A stretch of DNA of 64,000 nucleotides from Escherichia phage vB_EcoP_ShWW44. This document shows, in pieces, positions 17,070 to 27,769 of the stretch. The stretch lies in the sequence record PQ900156.1. One strand, 5' to 3'. Positions within the stretch are counted from its first letter, which is position 1; the number at the start of each line of letters is the position of its first letter. The notes beneath the pieces were generated by a model. It did not search any database and was not told the DNA's origin. It worked only from the letters and a program-made list of their open reading frames with translations. Both the position numbers and the translations under genes were made by a program.

Positions 17070-19637
17070 ATGTTAGTTGCAGATACCAATGAAGTAGCTA
17101 CCTCAGCGACACTGGGTGGCAAAGAAACAATTGCCTTTGGCATCTCTGATGACCCGGCATTCTTTCGCGTATTAAGTACTTCCCTGTATAACAATCCTAC
17201 TCTGGCAGTAGTCCGTGAGACTATCTGTAACAGTTGGGATGCTCATATTGAAGCAGGTAAAACTGATACTCCTATTCGTATCACCATTGATACAGACAAC
17301 TTTATTACCTTCCGTGACTACGGTAATGGGATCCCGGATGAACTCATTGGTTCCATTTATGGTGTCTATGGTGCATCTACCAAGAAGTCCAACAGTAGTG
17401 TTACTGGTGGCTTTGGTCTGGGATGTAAATCCCCATTCGCTTATACAGATAGCTTCCAGGTTACTTCATGGAACCAAGGAAAGATGTCGGTATATAACGT
17501 AGCTAAGGCTGCGATTGAGAATGATGGTAAGCCGGGCATTGTTCCTATTGTTACCAATATTCCTACTGAGGAATCTGGTCTGGAAGTTAAATTCCAGTTA
17601 GGTAAACATGATGTAAATACCTTTGTGCATTACATCACATCAATCGTATTTAACGGTGAGATTAAAGCTGAACTTAGCATTCCTAAACTAGTTAAAACAG
17701 AAGCAGGCAATAGTATTCAGCAAGGTAACTACACTTTACTGAATACATTGGGTATGTCATTTGAACCTGGTTCATATGATATGTCTGATAGCTGGTATCA
17801 GGGTTATATGGGTAACAGTAACATATTCGTTCGTTACGGTAACGTAATGTACCCCATAGTATCCAGCCCGGCTAGTGAAGAAGCTGTGGGCCTTATCCTC
17901 AACTTCATGAATATTATCGGTGCTGATAATTTAGTAGTTCAGGCTGCACCAGACACCTTAGCTATTGCTCCTAGTCGAGAAACGCTGTCTAACCAGAAGT
18001 TAACCGACGATGGTATTACTACTCTATGTGTAGATTTAGCAGACCGTATGGAGAAAGAGATTAAGGCTAAGATTCCTGAAGCTATTAAACAGGTTGAAGA
18101 ATACGCCTCCAAATCCTCTACTCGCTTCTGGGAATATCCATCATTCCTGGGTGCTGTTACAGACAGAACTGTTCAACGCTATATGTCCTCTAGTTTGTGG
18201 GCTAAGCAACGTAAGCATTACATCAAGCACTGGCGTAACTTATCCAATAAGGCATTATTAGCTCGTCCTGAATATGCAGGTCTTAAAAAACTGTATGGTA
18301 AGGCTATGCGTGCTCTTAAGGATACTCGTGAAGAAAGTACATACTCCCCATTCTCGGAATTAGTATATCGCCATCTGCACTTACCTCAGCTTGCTGCTTT
18401 AAAACCTACTGGTATTAAGTGGTCTGGTTACATAATGAATCAAGGTAACCGTGTTGACTTGGTAAAAGGTAAACTTACTGACTACTTTAGGATATACAAT
18501 AACTCCCACCAAAGTATTGGCATATTCACTACCAAGAATGTTGTAGTTACCCGACGTTTATCTGATTGTGCAGACTCTTTCTCATACTTCCCTGAATACA
18601 ACCGAGGTGACCTGGAGCGTACAGCTTTTGTTCACGTCGTTGGTCCTAAGAAAGGTGCAGCAGAAGAAGCTGTAGCTAAGTTCACTGCTATGGGTTATCA
18701 GGTAATTGACCTTACTCAATACAATGAGTGGGACAAACCAACTAACTTCCGCAGAGAACAGGCTAAGTTAGTTGCTGAGAAACGTGCTAAGACAATAGCT
18801 GCTAATAAAACCAAAGCAGGAGGTAAAACTAATGCTCTGATTTCATTGAATGCAGTTCTTGGTGCTACCCAGGTGCGGAATAAAAATGGAGATTGGGAAC
18901 CCAAGCCGTATATTCAGAAAGAATTTGCTGACCCAAGCCGTCATGAGAAATATGGTTTCGTTGAGGTAGAGAAGCCTAAGTACTACGTACTAGCCAATCA
19001 GGTTGGTTCTGGTAGTCCTGTAACTGCCAGAATTGGAACTATGTGGAAATGGTATGAGTTATCTGATGAGATGAGAGCAGAGACTGTTGTCTGCCGTAAT
19101 CAAATCGAAGCTAACAAGGCCAAACGGAGAGGTGCTATCCACATTGATGATGTTCGCTTTATGGAGCTGATGCCAGTTATTACCAGTAAAGGCTTCAAGA
19201 AATATGTTACTGAACACCGTATTGGTATTCTGGAATACGTAGGACTGGATGACAGGGAATACTGGGAAATCCTCGACATACTGGGTCTAACATTCAAACC
19301 ATTACAGAATCTGATTTTTAAACCAGAGTATGAATGGGCATATGAATTTCTACGGAATCGTCTACTCAACAACAAAGAAAAACTTGTTGAAATGGGTTGT
19401 ATTAAGTCAGTGGATGACTTAGAGCCATATGCAATAATGACTAATCCGCGTAATCATAAGTACTTTAAAATACTTAATGATTACAAAGAATTATTCAGTT
19501 ATAGCTGGAATAAAAATGACATCCTACAGACGCTGGACTTAGGTAGTTTGGTCAAACACCTTAAGAAGAATCCAGAGGATATTCCTGGGTTTAAGTCCCT
19601 CTACCGTAATCGTCTAAATAAACTGAAAGGTAACTAA
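17070..19637 (+). CDS. rIIA: rIIA-like protein with N-terminal GHKL (HATPase_c) domain, 855 aa
   Basis: Bergerat-fold motifs (NSWDAH, RDYGNGIP, GGFGLG); size and adjacency to rIIB-like gene. Confidence 0.7.
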   Translation: MLVADTNEVATSATLGGKETIAFGISDDPAFFRVLSTSLYNNPTLAVVRETICNSWDAHIEAGKTDTPIRITIDTDNFITFRDYGNGIPDELIGSIYGVYGASTKKSNSSVTGGFGLGCKSPFAYTDSFQVTSWNQGKMSVYNVAKAAIENDGKPGIVPIVTNIPTEESGLEVKFQLGKHDVNTFVHYITSIVFNGEIKAELSIPKLVKTEAGNSIQQGNYTLLNTLGMSFEPGSYDMSDSWYQGYMGNSNIFVRYGNVMYPIVSSPASEEAVGLILNFMNIIGADNLVVQAAPDTLAIAPSRETLSNQKLTDDGITTLCVDLADRMEKEIKAKIPEAIKQVEEYASKSSTRFWEYPSFLGAVTDRTVQRYMSSSLWAKQRKHYIKHWRNLSNKALLARPEYAGLKKLYGKAMRALKDTREESTYSPFSELVYRHLHLPQLAALKPTGIKWSGYIMNQGNRVDLVKGKLTDYFRIYNNSHQSIGIFTTKNVVVTRRLSDCADSFSYFPEYNRGDLERTAFVHVVGPKKGAAEEAVAKFTAMGYQVIDLTQYNEWDKPTNFRREQAKLVAEKRAKTIAANKTKAGGKTNALISLNAVLGATQVRNKNGDWEPKPYIQKEFADPSRHEKYGFVEVEKPKYYVLANQVGSGSPVTARIGTMWKWYELSDEMRAETVVCRNQIEANKAKRRGAIHIDDVRFMELMPVITSKGFKKYVTEHRIGILEYVGLDDREYWEILDILGLTFKPLQNLIFKPEYEWAYEFLRNRLLNNKEKLVEMGCIKSVDDLEPYAIMTNPRNHKYFKILNDYKELFSYSWNKNDILQTLDLGSLVKHLKKNPEDIPGFKSLYRNRLNKLKGN

Positions 19638-19641
19638 TCTG

Positions 19642-21690
19642 ATGAAAATCGAACTGATTTCTATCATCGCACTGGCAGTTGACAGTCGTAACCTTACATT
19701 GTGGAAGCCCGATGGCTCCACGATTGTATATCCTCAGAGCGACCCACGGGTTGCTCGCATTGTATCTGAGGCTCAAACTAAAGGTCTGGGAACTACCAAA
19801 GACCAAATAGAAGTAAACATCGCACCAGAAGGAAACCTGCATACTGAATATCTGGAAGCAGAGAAGAACACTAACGGATTCGTCCGTTTCTTCAAGGTAG
19901 CTAAAGCTAAACTCAAAGAGTTCTTCCAGGATGGTACAGGTGTTCAACCTGCACACGTATTATCTGATATTAAGCTGGGTAATCCTACTAAGACACTGGT
20001 GTCTAAAGCTATGGATACCTTCCTGGCTGTACAGGCTAATGAACCAGAAGTAACTGTAACGAATGGTTGTTATGACAAACGTGACAACCTAATGTGGGTT
20101 ACTGGCTGGGACAAAGACCATAACCATCTTGCACTGGTTCGTTTTATTAACGACGTACTGGGTTGGGGTTATGACCATACTAATCGCATCCTTGCACGGG
20201 AATGGCCTATTGGAATCCGTGCAGTATCCGATGATGAAATGAGTGAGTTTGCTAAGCAAGCCAAGCACATCAAAGGAGTGCATATTGTATTTACCAGTCG
20301 TGATGTAACGCCATTTCCATATGTAGAAGTAGCTAAAACTACGAACCAGGATAAGCTGGCTGCTGCTTCTGAGAAGTTAGCTGCATTGGGGGCTATTAGC
20401 ACCGATGATGCTAACTTCCACACCGAAGTGAAAGAAGACGAAGTGGTTGTTGCTGTTACCAACAATGGGGTTATACCTGGAGTTGAAAACCTGCATCGTC
20501 ACTTGCGTCAGTCTGCCAAGCTGAAAGACTACAAGGGCTTTACTAAGTTCCTTGAGCGTCTGGCTCCGGTTATTAAAGACCGTCTGCACTCAGTAGAAGA
20601 CCTGATGAAGTTCATGGAAACTGCTGAATTACCTATTGCCGATGATGGTTCAATCCTGTTCCTTAAACGCCTTAAGTCTAGTGGTATAGAAAATGGTAAA
20701 CGTGTATTCGTTGACTGTCACTCAGGTAATATTCGTCAGTGGGTAGGCTGTAAAGTGCAGGTACGTGAAGACCTGGTAGACCCTGACCGCCGTCAGGATT
20801 GTTCTAACGGTCTGCACGTAGCATCCATGAGCTATATACGTGGCTTCGGTGGTAACGTAACTATCCTTGGTAAAGTAGCACCGGAAGATGTATTTGCTGT
20901 TCCTGAGTACAGCACTAATAAGATGCGTGTATCTGCGTATCACATTATTGCTGAACTACCGGAAGAGGAACGTAATAACGTTAACAATGGTATCTACCTG
21001 TCTAAGACAGAAGTAGGTAAGAAGCTACTTAATGATGCCATCGTTGGGAACCATAGCTCACCTACCACACTTATTATGGTTGGTGGTCATTATGGTACTA
21101 ACCTCAAATACACTAATCTAACGTCCGGCTCTGTAGAACAATTCCGTACAGTTGCTAGTAAGGAAGCACTAAACATGGAAGAGTCACTGAATGAAGCTGT
21201 AGCTGCTGAACCAGTGAAAGCTACCGACCTTAAACCTGTTATTAAGAAGGCTCCTACTGTGAAAGAACAAATCCAGGAACTGGTCAAAGAGTTCCTTAAT
21301 GCAACAACACCAGAAGATAAGTTAGCTGCTGCTGACCTTCTGGTAGAACTGCGTTCCAAAGCCAGAAAGCCTTGGGGTGCATTCGATGTAGGTAGTGATG
21401 TAGTAGCTAAGATTGCTGATGTACGTACTACCTATACAGCTAAGCCTATTGGTAAACCTAAAGCTGTTAAGCAGGATAAGACAGTTAAACCCACTAAATC
21501 TAAGCCTGCTATTAATGGTACTAATGCCAATATCATCAGAGGTTATCTAGCAGATAGTGGTATGTCCGATTATCAGAAAGCCCACTCCATTCATGACCTG
21601 AAACGTGCAGCTAAGAAGTCATACGCTGCTATGGGTCTTACTGAAGAAGAGTGCAAAGCCATTGATAAACTGAAGCACCATCTTAAGTAA
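19642..21690 (+). CDS. rIIB: rIIB-like protein, 682 aa
   Basis: Adjacent to rIIA-like gene as in N4; no specific motif verified. Confidence 0.45.
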   Translation: MKIELISIIALAVDSRNLTLWKPDGSTIVYPQSDPRVARIVSEAQTKGLGTTKDQIEVNIAPEGNLHTEYLEAEKNTNGFVRFFKVAKAKLKEFFQDGTGVQPAHVLSDIKLGNPTKTLVSKAMDTFLAVQANEPEVTVTNGCYDKRDNLMWVTGWDKDHNHLALVRFINDVLGWGYDHTNRILAREWPIGIRAVSDDEMSEFAKQAKHIKGVHIVFTSRDVTPFPYVEVAKTTNQDKLAAASEKLAALGAISTDDANFHTEVKEDEVVVAVTNNGVIPGVENLHRHLRQSAKLKDYKGFTKFLERLAPVIKDRLHSVEDLMKFMETAELPIADDGSILFLKRLKSSGIENGKRVFVDCHSGNIRQWVGCKVQVREDLVDPDRRQDCSNGLHVASMSYIRGFGGNVTILGKVAPEDVFAVPEYSTNKMRVSAYHIIAELPEEERNNVNNGIYLSKTEVGKKLLNDAIVGNHSSPTTLIMVGGHYGTNLKYTNLTSGSVEQFRTVASKEALNMEESLNEAVAAEPVKATDLKPVIKKAPTVKEQIQELVKEFLNATTPEDKLAAADLLVELRSKARKPWGAFDVGSDVVAKIADVRTTYTAKPIGKPKAVKQDKTVKPTKSKPAINGTNANIIRGYLADSGMSDYQKAHSIHDLKRAAKKSYAAMGLTEEECKAIDKLKHHLK

Positions 21691-21702
21691 TAGCCTGTTC
21701 AA

Positions 21703-21737
21703 ATAGCCTCACTTATAATAAAGTGAGGCTATCTTTG
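21703..21737 (+). terminator. rho-independent terminator (12-bp stem ATAGCCTCACTT / AAGTGAGGCTAT)
   Basis: Read directly. Confidence 0.6.
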
Positions 21738-21752
21738 AAGAGGAAATAAGCT

Positions 21753-22148
21753 ATGTCTAAAGTATTCAGAAGTAATCGCAAAGCAACTGATGAAGACATC
21801 ATTCGTATGAATGCTGTTGGTCTGTCCCTCGCAACTATCGCTAAGACGTTGGGGGTTCACCCCACTACGGTTACTTTGCGATTGCGTTCTCTAAACATTG
21901 AACCAGCCGATACACGTCGGACGTTCATGGAAAACGTATTACGACCTTTACCAACCCATGTGGCTGATTGGCTATCAGAACAAGTTGGTCCTGCTTATGA
22001 GATTCGTTCATATGTAAGAGACTTGATTCTGGAGGCATATAACAATCGTCACCTTAACCAAGAGAGTGAGCATGACAAGTTCATCCGTTTGTACGCTGGC
22101 AAATACGGAAGCCTGGTTCCGGAAAGCAGTACCAAATCCGACGAGTAA
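21753..22148 (+). CDS. helix-turn-helix DNA-binding protein, 131 aa
   Basis: HTH-like segment LSLATIAKTLGVHPTTVTLRL. Confidence 0.5.
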   Translation: MSKVFRSNRKATDEDIIRMNAVGLSLATIAKTLGVHPTTVTLRLRSLNIEPADTRRTFMENVLRPLPTHVADWLSEQVGPAYEIRSYVRDLILEAYNNRHLNQESEHDKFIRLYAGKYGSLVPESSTKSDE

Positions 22149-22164
22149 GAACATTAGTACCCAG

Positions 22165-22527
22165 ATGGGTTGCCATCTGGAAGAAGTAGAAGAAATGCTT
22201 CAGACCATTTATCCAAATGGTAGTTACGATGCAGAATTACTGCAACGTGCACAAGATGCCATTACAAATCTGGCAAACCATATGAAACGTAATGACGATG
22301 CTTATCGCATTGACGCTAGTACCAGTCTGCTGGATTCACTGGCAGATCAGATTGTTACAGCAACTGGCGTCGGTACTTTCCTTGGGATGAATGTCCCTGG
22401 AGCATTGGCTGAAGTCAATCGCTCAAACTATTCTAAGTTTGAAGATGGGGAACCTGTCTTCAATGAGAATAAGAAAGTTATGAAAGGGAAAGACTACACT
22501 CCCCCGGATTTAACCCCTTACATCTAA
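22165..22527 (+). CDS. hypothetical protein (120 aa; weak MazG-like NTP-pyrophosphohydrolase resemblance)
   Basis: Track ORF 22066..22527 overlaps upstream gene by 83 nt; internal ATG chosen. Confidence 0.35.
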   Translation: MGCHLEEVEEMLQTIYPNGSYDAELLQRAQDAITNLANHMKRNDDAYRIDASTSLLDSLADQIVTATGVGTFLGMNVPGALAEVNRSNYSKFEDGEPVFNENKKVMKGKDYTPPDLTPYI

Positions 22528-22547
22528 CCCTCTACGGAGGGTTTTTA
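22526..22547 (+). terminator. rho-independent terminator (AACCCTC-TACG-GAGGGTT + T5)
   Basis: Read directly. Confidence 0.65.
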
Positions 22548-22559
22548 CTGGAGATTTTA

Positions 22560-23870
22560 ATGTTTTCCAAACCTACCAAAGCCCCACTGAACAAGGGGCA
22601 AAAAGCGGTTGCGAAGGAGTTCTTCGACTTCCTGCTCAACCCTAATGCTACCGAATTCAATATTAGTGGCCCTGGGGGAACTGGCAAGACATTCCTGATG
22701 TCGCACCTCATTGATGACACTATGCCTGCATATATGGAAACTTGCTCCCTTATGGGAACCAAGCCCCTGTATAACGAAGTTGTTATGACTGCGACCACGA
22801 ACAAGGCTGCTGAAGTTCTGGCTCAGGCTACTGGACGTCCAACATCTACCTATCATTCCTTTCAGGGACTGATTGTTAAGAATGACTTTAAGACTGGTGA
22901 GGCTAACGTCGTACCATCTAAATCATTCAATATTAAGAAGAACAAAATCATCTTCGTAGATGAAGCATCCATGATTGACCGTCAGTTACTTAAGTATGCT
23001 CGTGAAGGTACTCACCAGTGTAAGCTGGTATTCGTAGGAGATGCTTCTCAGCTTCTGCCTGTTAAAGAGAATAAGTCTCCGGTATATGCAGGTAATATCC
23101 CAACACACTATCTGACTGAACAGATGCGTACCGATGCACCGGAACTCAAAGCATTGCACCAACAATTGCGTGATACGGTGGAAGGTAAGACGGGCTTCCT
23201 GCCTATTAAGTGTATTCCAGGCATTATTGACTGGGTACAAGAGGAAGAGATGGAGAAATTGGTTCTCAGTCACTTCACTCAACCTACTAATAGCCGTATT
23301 GTTGCTTATACGAATGACCAGGTTATTAATTACAATAACTACATTCGTGAGGCCAACGGATACGTAGGTGAGTACTCCATTGGTGAACAGCTAGTCTCTA
23401 ACTCTGCTGTTCGTTTAGGTGTGGATAATCGTCTGTCTATCGAACAGGATGTAAAACTCATCGACCAGGATAGTAGTACTCGCATGATTAAGGTTACAGG
23501 TGACCTGGAACTGGAAGTTCGTGATAGTACTCTGGACCTTGGTTATGGTGGTATTGTAAGTGAAGTTCCTGTTCCTACTGACCCAGACTACTTCAACCGT
23601 TTGGTTAAGTGGCTTGGTAAAGAGAAGAACTGGGAACCTTACTTCCGTCTTAAAGAAACCATTCCAGACCTGCGTGCTACTCATGCATGTACTGTCCATA
23701 AATCACAAGGCTCTACTTACGACACAATCTTTATTGATGCGAATGACCTCTCAAGCTGTCGCCAACCTGATATGGTTGCTCGCCTGCTTTACGTCGGTGT
23801 GTCACGTGCCCGTAAGCGAGTAGTGTTCTATGGCAATCTTGCCAGTAAGTATGGTGGTCTAACTTTCTAA
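22560..23870 (+). CDS. Dda/RecD-like SF1 DNA helicase, 436 aa
   Basis: Walker A GPGGTGKTF, Walker B VDEASMI, VHKSQGSTYDTIFID motif. Confidence 0.8.
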   Translation: MFSKPTKAPLNKGQKAVAKEFFDFLLNPNATEFNISGPGGTGKTFLMSHLIDDTMPAYMETCSLMGTKPLYNEVVMTATTNKAAEVLAQATGRPTSTYHSFQGLIVKNDFKTGEANVVPSKSFNIKKNKIIFVDEASMIDRQLLKYAREGTHQCKLVFVGDASQLLPVKENKSPVYAGNIPTHYLTEQMRTDAPELKALHQQLRDTVEGKTGFLPIKCIPGIIDWVQEEEMEKLVLSHFTQPTNSRIVAYTNDQVINYNNYIREANGYVGEYSIGEQLVSNSAVRLGVDNRLSIEQDVKLIDQDSSTRMIKVTGDLELEVRDSTLDLGYGGIVSEVPVPTDPDYFNRLVKWLGKEKNWEPYFRLKETIPDLRATHACTVHKSQGSTYDTIFIDANDLSSCRQPDMVARLLYVGVSRARKRVVFYGNLASKYGGLTF

Positions 23871-23880
23871 GGGAGGATAT

Positions 23881-24411
23881 ATGCCTCAGATTGGTTCAGC
23901 GACTATTGGTCAGGTTGCCAATAGCAGTGAGATAGTCAAACACCTGTTCTTAGCAGAACTGGTTCGTCTTGATAGTGTGTTAAACGGTATCATTGATAAG
24001 AACGACCGTATCAATGGTATAGATGTATCGGCTGGATTCCTTTATCAAGGGGAGTTCTATCAGCGTTCTAATGCTGCCAGACCTCCAACCTACGGTGAAC
24101 GACTAACCCTTAATCCAGAACTATGGCCTGCAATGGACAAGTATCTGAAAGCCTCCAGTCGTCTGATTATGGAAGTACACCTTGTGAACCAGACTGTATA
24201 TCGCCTGGTTCGAGGTTGTATGTCTTATCAGGATGTACGTGATGCTTTACCTGAATGCCTGGTAGCTCAAGACCAGACTGGTAAGTACAAGGAACTACCA
24301 CGTACTCGTGAAGCAGCCTGGACACTTGCTGGTGATCCCATGGCAATAAAACAATATGAGAAGATTCTTCCCTCTATTGAGTATTATGCAGCTTCCCATC
24401 TGATTTTCTAA
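23881..24411 (+). CDS. hypothetical protein (176 aa)
   Basis: ORF with GGGAGGA RBS. Confidence 0.5.
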   Translation: MPQIGSATIGQVANSSEIVKHLFLAELVRLDSVLNGIIDKNDRINGIDVSAGFLYQGEFYQRSNAARPPTYGERLTLNPELWPAMDKYLKASSRLIMEVHLVNQTVYRLVRGCMSYQDVRDALPECLVAQDQTGKYKELPRTREAAWTLAGDPMAIKQYEKILPSIEYYAASHLIF

Positions 24412-24420
24412 GGTAAAGCT

Positions 24421-27000
24421 ATGCGTTACATCACCTCTCAAGATACGGGTAAGTATCCTATTGCTATCCTCGGTCATCAAATCCGAAGGGAGGAGATAAT
24501 TAAAACCTACCTGCTGCCTAATGACCTAAGCATGGAAGATTTTATCTTCATTGAACTTCATTCTGCCCCAGGTAAAAAGAAGACCCCTGCAAGGGAAATT
24601 AAAGAGTTCATACAGCAGGAACTGCAACAAGTACTGGATGATGCAGAGACTCAATACATAATCTGTACCGATTCTGATTACTTTAAAATACTGACTAAAG
24701 AAGCTAAAGCAGAGGCTAACCTCGGCTATGTTTGTGACTCAGTATGGGGTAAGCAGAAGGTTATCTATGCACCTAGCTACAGGCAGGTCTTTTATAACCC
24801 ACCTGTAGTGAAATCCAAGATTGCTCAGGGTATGGATGCATTACTTAACCACATACGTGGTCAATATGCTGAACCAGGTCAAGGAATCATTGAGTTTGAA
24901 GCCTACCCGGATACCCCAGAAAAGATTAAAGCCTGGTTAGACCAGTTGCTTGAGATGAATAAGCCTCTGGCTATAGACATTGAAGCATTCGGTTTAAAGC
25001 ACTATAACGCAGGCATAGGAACAATTACATTCTGTTGGAGTAAGACACAAGGCATAGCCTTTAATGTGGACTACGAGCCGATTCCTGGGGCTACTGAAGC
25101 ACCTTACGGGCGTATCAACAGAAATGATATTGTTCGAAATCTTCTACGTGAGTTCTTCATTAAGTACACCCAACGGCAGATGTATCACAATATTAGCTAT
25201 GACGTGTACGTACTCATCTATCAGTTATTCATGGATAACCTGATTGATACAGAAGGCTTATTACATGGCATGGAAATCATGCTACGTAACTGGGATTGCA
25301 CTAAGTTAATCACCTACCTGGCTACTAATAGTTGTGCTGGTAATCACCTTAGTCTGAAAGACCAGGCCCAGGAGTATGCTGGTAACTATGCTCAGGATGA
25401 TATTAAAGACATTCGTCTTATTCCTAATGAGCAACTGTTACGTTACAACCTCATTGATGGTTTATGTACGTGGTACACATATGAGAAGCACTGGGATACT
25501 CTCGTTGCTGATGACCAATTGGATGTTTACAACAACATCTTTAAGCCAGCTTGTGAAGATATTATCCAGATGCAGTTAACCGGTATGCCCATGAATATGG
25601 ATACCGTTAACCAAGTAGCTAAGGAGATGGAAACTGACAGGAACCAGGCTCTGAAAACTATTCGCGAGTCCAAGCTCATGAAGAACTTCACCCTGATGCT
25701 TCGTCAGGAATGGGTAGATGATAAGAATGCTAAGCTGAAGAAAAAACAAGTAACGCTTGCTGACTGTGACATCGAGTTTAATCCAAACTCTGGTCCACAA
25801 CTACAGAAGCTGTTATTTGATTATATTGGCTTACCAGTTCTTGGTCTTACTAAGAGCAAGCAACCTGCTACTGATGGTGACACCATTAAAACACTGCGTA
25901 CACATACGCAGAGTGAAGATGTTAAGGAACTGCTCAATGCACTTATCGACTATAAGCTCGTGGATAAAATTATCACTTCATTCATCCCGGCTTTCCGTAA
26001 TGCACAACCTGGGCCAGATGGATGGTACTACCTATTCGGCAACCTCAATCTGGGGGGAACGGTTTCTGGTAGATTATCTGCCTCCGAGCCAAATCTGCAA
26101 ACCATTCCGTCTGGCTCCAAATACGCCAAGAAGATTAAAAAATGCTTCGAAGCACCACCAGGTTGGATCTTTTGTGGGCTGGACTTTGCAAGCCTTGAAG
26201 ACCGTATCTCAGCTTTAACTACTAAAGACCCACAGAAGCTTAAGGTATATACCGATGGCTATGATGGTCACAGTCTCCGTGCATATGCTTACTTCGGTGA
26301 GCAGATGCCAGACATAGAAGACACGGTAGAATCCATTAACTCCATTCAACACAAGTACAAATCATTACGTAGTGACTCGAAGGCTCCAACCTTCTTGCTT
26401 ACCTATGGTGGTACGTATATGGGCTTAATGAAAAACTGTGGCTTCTCTGAAGAAAAGGCCAAGACTACAGAGAAACGTTATCACGACCTCTATGTAGTTA
26501 GCGACATGTGGGTTCAGGCTAAGCTAGACGAAGCTGCCAAAACTGGTTATGTTACTGCCGCATTCGGTTTGAGAGTGCGTACTCCTTTACTGGCTCAAGT
26601 ATTACGTGGGACATGTAAGACTCCGTATGAAGCAGAAGCAGAAGGCAGAACTGCTGGTAATGCTTTAGGGCAAAGCTGGTGTCTACTGAATAACCGTGCT
26701 GGTTCAGAATTTATGCGTAAAGTCAGAGCCAGTGAGTTCAGGTTAGATATTCGTCCTAGTATTCATATTCACGATGCTCAGTACTTCATGATTCGTGACA
26801 ACATGGATACCTTGCAATTCACGAACAAGCACTTGGTTGAAGCCGTTAACTGGCAAGACCATCCTGATATTGCTCATCCAGAAGTTGGTTTGGGTGGGGA
26901 ACTATCCTTGTTTTACCCAACGTGGGCTAACGAGATTGAAATTCCAAATCACGCTACCCCAGAAGAAGTTCATCAAATAATTCAAAAGGCATTCGCATGA
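24421..27000 (+). CDS. family A DNA polymerase with 3'-5' exonuclease domain, 859 aa
   Basis: Exo motif DIEAFGL; GRLSASEPNLQTIP; LDFASLEDR motif A; IHIHDAQY motif C. Confidence 0.9.
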   Translation: MRYITSQDTGKYPIAILGHQIRREEIIKTYLLPNDLSMEDFIFIELHSAPGKKKTPAREIKEFIQQELQQVLDDAETQYIICTDSDYFKILTKEAKAEANLGYVCDSVWGKQKVIYAPSYRQVFYNPPVVKSKIAQGMDALLNHIRGQYAEPGQGIIEFEAYPDTPEKIKAWLDQLLEMNKPLAIDIEAFGLKHYNAGIGTITFCWSKTQGIAFNVDYEPIPGATEAPYGRINRNDIVRNLLREFFIKYTQRQMYHNISYDVYVLIYQLFMDNLIDTEGLLHGMEIMLRNWDCTKLITYLATNSCAGNHLSLKDQAQEYAGNYAQDDIKDIRLIPNEQLLRYNLIDGLCTWYTYEKHWDTLVADDQLDVYNNIFKPACEDIIQMQLTGMPMNMDTVNQVAKEMETDRNQALKTIRESKLMKNFTLMLRQEWVDDKNAKLKKKQVTLADCDIEFNPNSGPQLQKLLFDYIGLPVLGLTKSKQPATDGDTIKTLRTHTQSEDVKELLNALIDYKLVDKIITSFIPAFRNAQPGPDGWYYLFGNLNLGGTVSGRLSASEPNLQTIPSGSKYAKKIKKCFEAPPGWIFCGLDFASLEDRISALTTKDPQKLKVYTDGYDGHSLRAYAYFGEQMPDIEDTVESINSIQHKYKSLRSDSKAPTFLLTYGGTYMGLMKNCGFSEEKAKTTEKRYHDLYVVSDMWVQAKLDEAAKTGYVTAAFGLRVRTPLLAQVLRGTCKTPYEAEAEGRTAGNALGQSWCLLNNRAGSEFMRKVRASEFRLDIRPSIHIHDAQYFMIRDNMDTLQFTNKHLVEAVNWQDHPDIAHPEVGLGGELSLFYPTWANEIEIPNHATPEEVHQIIQKAFA

Positions 27001-27302
27001 CCAAAAGTACTAAAGAAACTGTTGTCAGAAAATATCATTGGATGGTAGCAGCACAGGTAGTATTCCAACTTCCTAAAGTGGATGATGGTTCCCTGCTTAC
27101 CATGAACACAATGTTGCTCACTGATGAACCTTATGTGACCTATAAAGATTTGGCCCGTGCCAATCACTCTCTGAAGATTAGTCTGGACCAGCGTTTCGAT
27201 ACCTCGGTTGACCTGAAAGACATCGTTTATCTGTCACTCAGCAATCTGGGTCTGATGTCTGAACCAGAGTTCCAGGCAAACATGATTCCCAAGGGGGAAT
27301 AA
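26997..27302 (+). CDS. hypothetical protein (101 aa)
   Basis: ORF; ATGA overlap with polymerase stop. Confidence 0.45.
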   Translation: MTKSTKETVVRKYHWMVAAQVVFQLPKVDDGSLLTMNTMLLTDEPYVTYKDLARANHSLKISLDQRFDTSVDLKDIVYLSLSNLGLMSEPEFQANMIPKGE

Positions 27303-27769
27303 TGACTAAGCTCTCCGGTGGTCTTAATAACTACTATGTAGTTTCAGTTAAGAATCCCCAACGGAAAGAGCAAGAGCCATATCAAGCAGAGTGTGAGGAT
27401 ATTATCCAAGCACTGGGCATGACCTTCGATGAAGGTTGTGCCTTTAAAGCTCTGTGGCGAAATGCTGCTGCCCGTATGGGTAATGGTAAACCCGGTAATA
27501 GTGCTGTATATGATGCTGAGAAAATGGTTCATTATACGAACCGAATTCTAGCTAAGGAGAAGTTAGTAGATGAATTGCCTGCCACAGATACCACTGCTAT
27601 TGGGAGATGCTGGCATTACCCAGGAAATGGGAAGCCTTATATAACAACAAACTTTCAGTTCATTGAGGTAGCCTACAAAGGTGAGCTAGATAATATAGTC
27701 AGCTATAACTTCGATGAGGTAGAGGGTATTCGCTGGAACCAGGTGCATAAATATAGGATTACCTACTAA
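27302..27769 (+). CDS. hypothetical protein (155 aa)
   Basis: ORF; 1-nt stop/start overlap. Confidence 0.5.
   Translation: MTKLSGGLNNYYVVSVKNPQRKEQEPYQAECEDIIQALGMTFDEGCAFKALWRNAAARMGNGKPGNSAVYDAEKMVHYTNRILAKEKLVDELPATDTTAIGRCWHYPGNGKPYITTNFQFIEVAYKGELDNIVSYNFDEVEGIRWNQVHKYRITY

Noticed and set aside
149-24480. Minus-strand track ORFs scattered through the rightward early/replication genes (for example 149..394, 6235..6522, 12004..12640, 20169..20589, 22557..22856)
   Set aside because: Antisense shadow frames within stronger plus-strand genes; no RBS or context support.
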